Shown: one piece after another, positions 49,433-60,582 of the stretch
Layout: each line of letters begins with the position of its first letter
Numbering within the stretch: the stretch's first letter is position 1
NCBI GenBank assembly: GCA_003427395.1
Contig: BFEA01000019.1
Location: 667,871 to 731,870 of the forward strand
Source: Chara braunii
Taxonomy: Eukaryota > Plantae > Charophyceae
Reading direction: 5' to 3'
DNA length: 64,000 nucleotides
The notes under the pieces: model-generated
The model's database searches: none
Told to the model about the DNA's origin: nothing
What the model saw: the letters and a program-made list of their open reading frames with translations, nothing else
Translations under genes and position numbers: made by a program

Positions 49433-52400
49433 GCCCTTCACAATCGTCCGCCACCGCTCGCTTTATAATCCTCCGCCACCGCCTCACGCAAACACGCAGC
49501 TTTCCCTTACTCATCCCCCTTCGTGTTGTGACCACCTGAAAACCAAGTCCTCACGACTAACCAGGGACAGAAGGAGATGGGTTTCCAGGTATGACACAAT
49601 GACTTGATGATGGACATACCCGCTATGAGCTGTTTAACAGCAACAGAGATTACAGCTTAGTTACACAACTACCGACATTTGTGCGCACTTAATGACTGAG
49701 CACAAGCTGAAGAGATGGTGCGAGCACAAGCTGAAGAGATGGTGTCGTGGGCACAACAAGATAGATCAATCCGAAGATCAGTTCAGCGAAGGGAAACTCG
49801 TTCAACCACAATACGATCAGTTAAACCACCAGTTGACCTCACGCAGAGTGCAGCTCTTACAGTTAACCACGATCAGTTAAACCGCCAGTTAAACCTAAAG
49901 ATATCAGTTAAACCGCCAGTTAAACCTGGAGATATAACCCGTGCAAGCTAATAGCACGCTCAAGCTACTGATAGATAACAAGCATGCTAACCATTGTTCA
50001 GCACCATATCCCACTTCTGCCTGTCAAAAACTACGGAAGCTGTTCAAAGTTGAAACTGCGGTAAGCTTGGACCACCAACAAGCTCTTCCCGACTTTCCGC
50101 TGTGCGTACACGAGGGCAAAACATGTAATTGATCTCAGGCTGTGAATAGTGGGGCTCAGAGACTACCCATGGGCGGAATAGGCCATGGGAGGTGTTTCTT
50201 TTATTTGTTTTTGTTTTAATTTGAACCATTTCTCTATTTATGCGTGTCATCCTTGCGCAGGGGCCATACATGGGAGGTGTTTCTTTCTTTTTTTTTTTCT
50301 TTTTTTTTCTTGCATGGGAGGTGTTTTCTAGTGTTAAATAATAGAGGATTTTGGGCACGCTGTTACAAGCTCAATTTTGGCAGTGTGTGCAAAGTAGGCA
50401 TACGCCAGCAGATTCAGAAATAACACGATGTTCTTACCCGATCTATAGACTCCCTCTCCGCCTGAGTCAGTGTAATCATTGCTTGTGGCGCCTCCCTGAG
50501 ATACCACCACATGGGATGCAAAACAAGGTAACCTCATTAGTTGTGACAGGGCAGCAAAGTTTTGCCACAGAAGAACAGAAATTTCACCAACAAATTGCCT
50601 CAGATCGACCCCGGCAGCCCGGCCAAGGCATATCTGGGCAAGGTCCCGGTCATGGTCCCGTGCAGTCCCAGCGCAAAAAATAGAATAACAATTCTGAAAA
50701 ATCTTGGGAAAAAAATACGTCATCCAAAATTACGAATCATGCAGGAAGGTTGAAATAGAGTCAGAATGTCAAGGTTTCATCACAAAATGAGAAGAGTCAC
50801 CCACGTAGTACAGATATGGTGACGGAACCACACTTCGAGGGGACTCCAAGCAAGGTTTTTAATGGAAAGTCGCTGGCCATCATTTCAATATCTCAACGCA
50901 AAGAAAAATAAAGACATGGAACTGCTGAGGGGGGCAGGGATGGAGAGAAAGGGTAGTGCAACCAGATAGATGTATTACCCCGGGAAGCCTCCCTCGCCCG
51001 CATCGTTGATAAGCCGCAAGAACTCCTCCTGGTTAGCTTGGATCAGCTGCAATAACTGAGGGTTTTGCTTGCCAAGCTCCTGCAACATGGGCTGAAGACC
51101 AAAGACCGATCCAGCAAGAGACTATTAGAGCACACTCAAAACTGGGACTTTTTCCTGATGAATCTGGCCATAATTGCTTCAGTATACATTCAAGAAAAGG
51201 ACAAGTATTAATGCTTGGATGGATGAAGCCAAAGGGAGATCCACCGCCACTGTTTGCTACAAAGTTAAGAGGGACAGTACAAAAACTGAGTTTACGGCTA
51301 GGAAGATTTTCATGACCGGCCGGTCACCCGGGCGTGACGCCCGGGGGGGTCTGACGCCCGTGTGACCCGGTCATGGCAAAAAAAAACAAAACGAAACGGC
51401 GGTGGGGTTTTCCCGCGCTCTCCGAGAGGAGCCCAAATCCGGGCTCTTTTCTTTTTTTGAGTGTTGGCTGTCAAGGGGGGGAAAGGGGAGTGTAAATGAA
51501 ATTTAAAGGGGCTCAAGGGGTTTAAAGGGGGGTTCCTTAGTGTGATATGGTTATTTTCTTTTTTATCTTTAGTTCTGTGAGGAATTCTGATGTGACCCTC
51601 ACCCACACCAGATGTCTTTTTCTTCAAAGGGCCCCTTCTATTCTGGGGGGCATCAGACCTGTTGCGTATCACAGGCAAACAAGTTTTTTACATCCATCAA
51701 AGGAAGGGGGGAGAGCAGATAAAAGAAAACCAACAACCCGACCCTTGTGATACTAGACGCCTATCAAGGGGGGGACTACTACAGAACGTCCCACCCCCCA
51801 ACCCTCGACCTTTCATAGGGGACTGGCCTGCAGGTCGGGAAGCTTAGTAGCAGCACCCGGTCATGCAACACGTCAAAACCCAGAGAGGCCAGGCATGAGG
51901 GGGGTGTCTGTGGCAGTTCCTCAAGCCGCCTGTCAACCTACTGATTCCGTCCGTACGTCTATCACATTCATAGCCTCTACCATACCTGTGGTTACCCTTT
52001 CTCTGCAAGTGCCCTCACCCTATTGTAGTCATTTTAATGCATGTTCCTTCCTTGTGCGTTTTCTTTTTTTTTTTTTGGCAAAGAATTCCGATGTGACCCT
52101 GAGGCAAAAGTTGTTTTTTTGCATAACATAGTTCTTTTCCGGAATTTTGGATTATTTTTTTTTTGGCTGGGACCTTCCCTGGTCTTTTCATGCCCGGATC
52201 GTCCTGGAAAACAAGGTGACCCGGACAGCCCAGCTGATAGCCTAGGATACAATACCTCCAAGATTCTCGGAGGCATACTTGCACTAACACTTCTTTTATT
52301 TGTTTCCGTCCGGAATTGCAGCCAGATGCATACAGCTCCGGCCGTAGATACAGTCAGATACATTCAAGATTAGTCCTACTGTGAGTATGCCTGAAGTATC

Positions 52401-55400
52401 ACCAACAGATGGTGACAATGACAGCGCCGAAGGCAAGCCCGGTTACAATACCTCCAAGATTCTTGGATTATCTTGTACCATATTTCGCAGGGCCTCGAAC
52501 TGCAAAACAGCCAAACAGAACAATTTTATAAAACCATCTCTTTCTCTTTACCACATTCAGTGATAAGCTGCAACAAATAATCACCGCAAACGAGACTCGC
52601 ACAACTGACAGGTACTCGCTGGAATTTTTGTGACTGAATCTGGCCGTAAGCTAGGAGATATACAACCAAGAGCATGCCCAAAGTTCCCCCACAACAAATG
52701 CAGAATCAGTGGCGATGTTGTGACAACCCGCAACTCTTCCTCCTACACAGCCTTAGTCCCACCTGAGCCATTCGACAAAAGCTTGTCATTTCCGGTTCTG
52801 ATGAAGCAAAACTACATTTTTTTTTCCTACTTAGGAAACCTTCCCCTACTAACTTGAATGATTGACTCAAGGAACATTTTGAGAAATTTAAGCTATTTAT
52901 TGCAGATTATATAAAACATGAGTACATCCTCCTGAAGTAGATGAAGGCACGACTGTGAAAATTTACTAAACACTGTAAACAGTCTTAAAGGCTCAAACTC
53001 AAAAAGGACGAGAAATTTGGGAATATTATTATACATACAAAGTGTACAAACCGGCTTGTCATGTCACAATTATTATACGAAATCAAAGAACAAGAATCAT
53101 AAAACTCCACCGATGAGCAAATCTCCCGTGTGGTCTATGCCTTGCGGGGTTAAATGCAGTCCGAGCTGATCATGTCCCAGGCCCTCAGCATTCGGGGCCA
53201 CATCGTGAGTAGGGACTGTCGTTGGGAGTGTACTCTGGGCAGGGACTATATCCTGTTGCACAGNTGGGGGACAAACGAACATGGAAGGGCATANAACATG
53301 GTGCTGTGGCTGTGTGCAAGCAGCTGGACTGTCTGCAGGAGGCATAGGAGCGGATGTATCCGTTTGGGACAACGGAACCGCAACAACCCGTGAAGGAGGC
53401 ACAGAGAGAATTGGGGTAGCTGTGTGCAAGCAGCTGGACTGTCTGCAGGAGGCATAGGAGCGGATGTATCCGTTTGGGACAACGGAACCGCAACAACCCG
53501 TGGAGGAGGCACAGAGAGAATTGGGGTAGACANAGAAGCAGGCCGCTGATCCCTGGCCAAGTGGCGATGTTGTGCATGTCGTCGACGATGATACACAATA
53601 AGAGGAGTGGCGAGGTTTCTAACAGAAGATGTCACTGGCAATGAAGGCGGAACAAGGGGAAGAATAGAAACCGGAGAATCGGTTCTCAAACGAGACCGTG
53701 GAGGATATATATATAATATTAAAAATTCATAAAACTCCATAAGTTCTTTTCCAATCTTAGATTATTTCGAGATTACAGAGATTCTGCACCAAATGTGCAC
53801 GGCAAGTTGCACACTGCCCAATCTTTTGCACAAAGCATGCCATGCACATACTATCCGCGCTGTGGCAGTTTGTTCGCACGATGGCATGCCACAGCAGCAG
53901 TCCTCTGATGGGCTACACGGCGGCACCCCTCACTATCAGTGGGAGTGCACAAGGCCGAAGGACTGCCGGGTATGCTTCCCCCAAAACTACCGGGGTGCTT
54001 GCATCACAGCTCCAGGCACGAAGTGCAGCAAGACATGCTACTCAACTCAGGACAAAGAACCTGTGCAAATTGAGAATCAAGCGGAATGTGAGGAAACTCG
54101 GAAATGTGATCATGCAATGCTCATTCCACATAAGCAAAGAAGAATGCGTTCGAAATTCCAATTGCTCTCACAAAAGGAAATGGACTGCAATCCACCTGCA
54201 CAAGGTGCAAATAGGCATCCTAGAGTACTACTTTCACCATTAACCAGCGCTATCCTGCGTGCACCCCTCAGTAAACCCGCTGCCGTGGAAAAGCCTCAGC
54301 CGACACAGCAGGCCAGGTAGGCCTCGTCATGGTGACACCAATCCACCTGCACAAGGTGCAAACAGGTATCCTGGAGTCTGTTCTGCTATGTTTTCAAAGT
54401 TTGTCTGTTCTTCTATGTTTTCAAAGTTTCTGTTCTGCTATGTTTTCAAAAGTTTGTCTGTCCTGCTGACGATGTATGTATGCCGTGCACTCAACTGCTC
54501 CAACTGCTGAGTCAACGAACGTACCCATGTGCTACCTCTGTTTTCCATGCTGTGCTCCTGTATCTTGGACAGGGGTAGGTTGGCATATAGGACGAGATTC
54601 AGAGACGGGACTTAATCTTACCTCCAGGAGGACAGACAAGAAACAGTAGGGAGGTCAGGGGTAGAAAAGGAATGTCATAGGGATCCGTTAGGGATCTAAC
54701 AGCAACCAGGAAAGGCCCAAGAGTCTGGTACCTGCCTTCGTTGGTCATGATGGTACTACGATTGTCTCTAGACGGGCTTGGGTCGAGATAAAGGTTGTCC
54801 TGGTAGGATGGCACTGAATCAAGAAGCCCCCTGCTTTGGGTACCGGTTGGGAAAGGACTTCATCCTTAGGGTGTGGCTATAGCAGTAGGAGAGCAGAGAG
54901 GCATCAAATGGTAGCTGTGTTATGTGTGGAGCATCCGTGCTGCGAACAGATGAACCGCCATAGCTACATGCCATGCAAAGCAAAGAGAAGAGTGAAGAGA
55001 GGCCAAAGGACCGGCCTTCTACGCTGGCAGTAAGCGGGATGATACAGACATTGATTGTTGTTCACTCGTTCATTCACTAGTCGTACTTCAATGTAAATAA
55101 TGAGAGGGGGTGGCTATATTGCCGAAGAGATTACGAAGGCGAGATGAGGGAAAAGGATGACATAATCCGGTGTTCTTTTTCTTCCTTTCTCCATTCTTCT
55201 TCTCCCCCATTCTGCTTCTTCTAATCTTTGCATCACAAAATTGACAGGCGCATAACAAAGACATCCTAATACCCGCAAAATAGCGACAATGCATTAAACT
55301 GAGCATTCTTTTTCGCCGTTTACAGCAATTCAAGAGCAAATGCCCCTGACCTGTGCATTATTCCGCAGGAAGTCCAATGCTCTTGTTTGACCAGGCATCG

Positions 55401-58400
55401 CACCACCTACACCAGGCATGCCCTGCCATAGAAAAGAAATCATAACGAGAAATTATCAGTGTAAAGCATTATAACGGTGTCGAAAACGATTACTAAAGAA
55501 AATGCACGTAAGACTAAAATGTAATAACCCGCTAAAACACACACTGGGAACATTGGCAAAGTCGAGGAGGAGGAAGGCGGAGAGACGAGGAGGTTTCGTC
55601 ACTGGTACTTCTTCTTCTTTCTCTCTTCTTTGGTCTCTATCTCTTTGCAAGTGCTTTCATTTCTTTCGCAATTGGGTGGCATTGCCTTTCCTTGTGAATT
55701 TGCACTTTGGAAATGACCAGGATACTAACAAAAAACAACCCTTAAGCTAACCAAATAGCCCCCATAATTGTAATCATCTGACATCTGTGACAGTGTAAAA
55801 ACTGGAGCAATTACCCAAGATTAGCATAACCCTTCCTCGGTCCTTCAAAACACCCATTTAAGTCGGAACAATACAGAGAAGATTAGCATGGCCCCTGCAC
55901 AAGGGAAAAAGAGAAAAAGGTATAACAAGTAACCTAGGACGACACACATCGAGGATTTGTCCAACAAAAAGGAAGAAAAGAGTAAAACTGTGGCCATGCA
56001 TTCCAATACAGAGCTGCAGGGGCCTCCAACTTGTCCCGAACATATTGGAACTCACATGTAACCCATACTCGTTCTATTTGAATAGGACAGCTAGGCACTG
56101 CATACTCCGCAAATTCTAGAACGTCCTTTCTTGGGCAAAAAACATAATGAAATGTCTGGGCAACACAAGTGTCACGTCTGCGGGTTTACAGTCGCGTCTG
56201 TACATAGACTGCCTGACCAGCAGCTGAACCTGAGAGCAAAGATCGAGAGAGACTATAAAATTCGAGCAGCAAGGGTCCTGTTCTGGGTATCCTCACCTGA
56301 GGGAAAAGATCCAGAGGAGCAGCATTTGGCCCTCCTTGTGCAGCACCTCCTGCGGGCACGCCTCCTACTGCCTGAGCAGCAGCTGGACCTTGAGTTGCTG
56401 CTGCCGCTGCTGCTGCTGCTGCTGCTGCTACAGGAGGAGAAGGCGATCCTCCTTGTGCTCCACCTGCTTGAGGCATTCTTGCAACTGGAGGTGGCGCTTC
56501 TGCAGTCGGAGGAATACCCTGCACAACCAAACACACCTTGTTAATGCTGAATCCGATGAACAATTGCCAAACCACTATTACAAGATTATAAACAAGAGAA
56601 TACACACAATAAACGAAGATGATTTGTAACACATTAAACAAAAAAAATTGAAGGCCGCTAAGAAGGCGAAATCAACTGGAGGGGATACATCTGACATACA
56701 CCCAACGTTTCCCATAAAAAATTGAGGTACACCTGGGTCATCTGTATCTGCATGGAGCTTGCAGCAAGGTGCATTCATGACCATCTACCTGGTGGGATCA
56801 TTCTGATGCAGATCGCCTGAGGGTACTTAAACCACCAGTACACCCAGGCCTGCAGGCCCCTTGGCACGCGCAAAGGTTTTCTGAAATGCAAGCGACGCAC
56901 TTTTTTTCTTTTTTGGCTGGCGCTGCCAGCCATCCTGGTCCAGTAGGCCGAGCCGCCGAGTTTTTTCGTAGGCTACGAGTTTCTTTTTCAGCAAGGCCGG
57001 AAGGTTTTCTGAACCACCAGCGGCACACTTTTTTACTTTTTTGGCTGGCGCCACTAGCCATCCTGGTCCGGTAGGCCGAGCCACCGAATTTTTTGTAGGT
57101 TACGAGTTTCTTTTTCAGCAAGGCTGGGGCCATGTACTGGCGGTTTAAAGCCCTTTGAGGAATTTAGATGGGTCTAAGATCTCTTCCCTGAACCCAACTG
57201 AGACGCAGACCAGACAAGGCGTCCAACACGGTTAATTAAGGGAAACAAGGGGAGTTGGATGCTACACATGCAAGGGGCTGAAGGGCAGGTGAGTCCCATC
57301 TGCCTGGGTGGGATCATTCCGAAAGCGGCTTGTTTCATTTCATGCGTTGACAACATCTAAAAAAACAACAAACAAAATGAAATTGTATATAATTGGCATT
57401 TTAGCCAAAATACTTGCAGCTCGCCTGGGGGTAAACCCAGATCAGACAAACCGTCCAACAGGGTTAACAAGGGGAAAAATTAGGGGAGTTAGATTCTCCA
57501 CATGCAAAGGGGCTGAACGCCGGGCGAGCCCACTACCAGCAAGATGAAGATGCAGATGGCCTGGACAGATCTCGTACACAACAGAGAAGACCGGGTCTTT
57601 TCCTTAAACCACCAGTTCTTATGATCGACGTTTGCCCGGTGCATCAGACGGCCTGCACGCCAAAAGAACAAGCATGGGCCTCCTTTTGGCTGGTGCCGCC
57701 AGCCATTTTGCTCTGGCTGCCAACCCCCTAAAGATCTGGCAGCGTGCAAGGCGCGCAGGAAAAAACTGGCTGGGAAACGTACTGGTGGTTTAAAAATAGG
57801 AACCCGAGAGAGAGGACTTCACTTGCCGGGGCAGTGCCACACTTGTCTGGACACAAGCAACTAGAACTGCAAACCACATCCTCCAATCAGTACAAGCTCG
57901 AGGCCGCATCTAGCCGCTCACATCACCCAGCCATTAGGCGGTTCCCGGGAGAGGGGAGGAGGCATGGCCCCCAACTTCGGGCCCCCCTGCAGAGTGTCTC
58001 CATTGGAAGGGGGCAGGGCTCTATCTTGATCTTCTTCCGAACAATTGCTTTTCAGGTTTCCACTCTTTGCGAGGGATGCTGGACCCAGTTGCCGGCAGGT
58101 GTAGCTCCCCACCAATAGATCGGAGCCTATCGTAGGGGAGAAAAAAACCCAAAGAAGGACAAGCTTGAACAATTGTACATCACAGATCCTTTAAACAATT
58201 GCAGCGTCCCGTGAACTAGCTCTCAAACCAACAACTCCTGATGATGGGTTAGACATTCCTTTCCATTCCAGGAAGGATTCTCAATTCTGAATTGTCTGCA
58301 TACGATGTACTCCATAATTTTACCGGAATCACCTGAAGAAAAAAAAGGCCACCATGGTCACATCGCAGATCCAATTGAAAAACTGGACTGGAGCCAACGG

Positions 58401-60074
58401 CGCGTTGACGTTAACTTAGCACAAACACACTGCGGCATTGCTACACTTCCCCATTCTTCTCTCTTTGTTTTATTATACCAGAGTCACTAGGCTTCTTTTC
58501 CTTTTTTTCAACCGGACTTCAACAATCTCTTTCCGCTGTTCGCCCTGACCATTCAGCAAAACAAAGCACCACAGACACTGTCACCGTCTCGCAAGTCGAA
58601 GGAAACAAACTGCTGCATGACGCTCAACGCTGTTCACNCTGCTGCATGACGCTCAACGCTGTTCACCCTGACCATTCAGCAAAACAAAGCACCACAGACA
58701 CTGTCACCGTCTCGCAAGTCGAAGGAAACAAACCGCTGCATGACACTCAACACGTGAAATTTCTAACCCTTCGAAACAGAACACTTCCGAGGAATGCCAA
58801 CCTGCTTACCGTAAAAAGGTATTCCACAGCCCGCTCAGGGTTGTTGTATGCTGCACGAAGAGCGCGGACCACCATGTCTCTGTCATATGCTCCACCTCCC
58901 ATCTCCATCAGATTCTGTATTGTGGCCTCCAGGTTCTGACCAGAGACGAGATTAGATGCGGCCTGCAAGTATGTGTCACCAGGTTCACCCCCCCTGCAGC
59001 CATCAAACCACCAACACCCGTCTTAGCGAACATTACTACACAGTCGGCACACAGTGGGCTTCCTCCAACAACCTGTTATAGCAGCGGCAATGCACGGCCT
59101 ATCACAAAGAACAAAGGCAAGAATCCGCAGCTTCGCAGGTCGCACTCCTGCAATTTGCATCGGTGTTCTGAGTTCCCCAGCAACGCAATGTTCTAGCAGC
59201 AGCAATACACAGCCTATTGAAAAGACCAAAGGCAGACTGCGGATTTTAACACCTTCACAACTCGCTTGCCACAACCACAGCCTATCAGAGAGACCAAAGG
59301 CAGACTTCGCCACCTTTGCAATTCACTTCCCGTGTCAAGTACCCCGAAAACCTATGCGGGTAAACTTCCGGAATTCGCATCCATGTTCCAAGTTCCCCAG
59401 CAAGTTAAAGACGCATTCAACATAGTCGTACAAAGCAGACCACCCAGCACTCAAGAACCGAGAGCAACCAAAAGCCAAAAATAGATAGAAGAAAAAAACA
59501 TATGAGAGAAACTTCTCACCATGGTCACAAGCACACATTGTGTGCGAATGCCAGCAGTTACACACTTGAGAGACTGGCGCCAAACTCAGTCAACCTGATC
59601 AGAAACTGACAAAAGACTATCATAGACCTTTCACTTTCCTCCTCATGCCTTGGACATGTCCTAGTTCCGATGCAATTCTTTCCACACAAGTCACAAAACG
59701 ACTATCTGCTGGAAAATCCCTTCCAATTCAGAAGTTCATATTCATCCACCTACTTTTGATCATGCACCTTCACATCCTGACGGACCAAGTACTTCGCCCA
59801 CAAGGCCAAACTTCACATTCGTTCCAGCTTCTCAAATAAAAATCGCTCTTTACTCAGCCATAAAACTAAATAGGTGGATGAATATGAACTTCTGAATTGG
59901 AAGGGATTTTCCAGCAGATGGTCGTTTTGTGATTTGTGTGGAAAGAATTGCATCCTGGCACCTTCACATCCTGATGGACCAAGTACTTCGCCCACAAGGC
60001 CAAACTTCACATTCCTTCCAGCTTCTCAAACAAAAATCACTCTTTACTCAGCCATGAAACTAAAAATCTTACCA

Positions 60075-60153
<79 letters not shown>

Positions 60154-60204
60154 CACACAGAAAATACGCACACTAGCAGTGTCCAAGACCATTCACTATT
60201 AACC

Positions 60205-60255
<51 letters not shown>

Positions 60256-60393
60256 NNNNNNNNNNNNNNNNNNNNNNNNNNNNNNNNNNNNNNNNNNNNN
60301 NNNNNNNNNNNNNNNNNNNNNNNNNNNNNNNNNNNNNNNNNNNNNNNNNNNNNNNNNNNNNNNNNNNNNNNNNNNNNNNNNNNNNNNNNNNNN

Positions 60394-60486
<93 letters not shown>

Positions 60487-60527
60487 ATACGCACACTAGC
60501 AGTGTCCAAGACTACTCACTATTAACC

Positions 60528-60582
<55 letters not shown>

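Noticed and set aside
58535-58750. Tandem duplication in a RAD23 intron
   Set aside because: Near-identical copies joined at a single N; likely a contig-overlap artefact.
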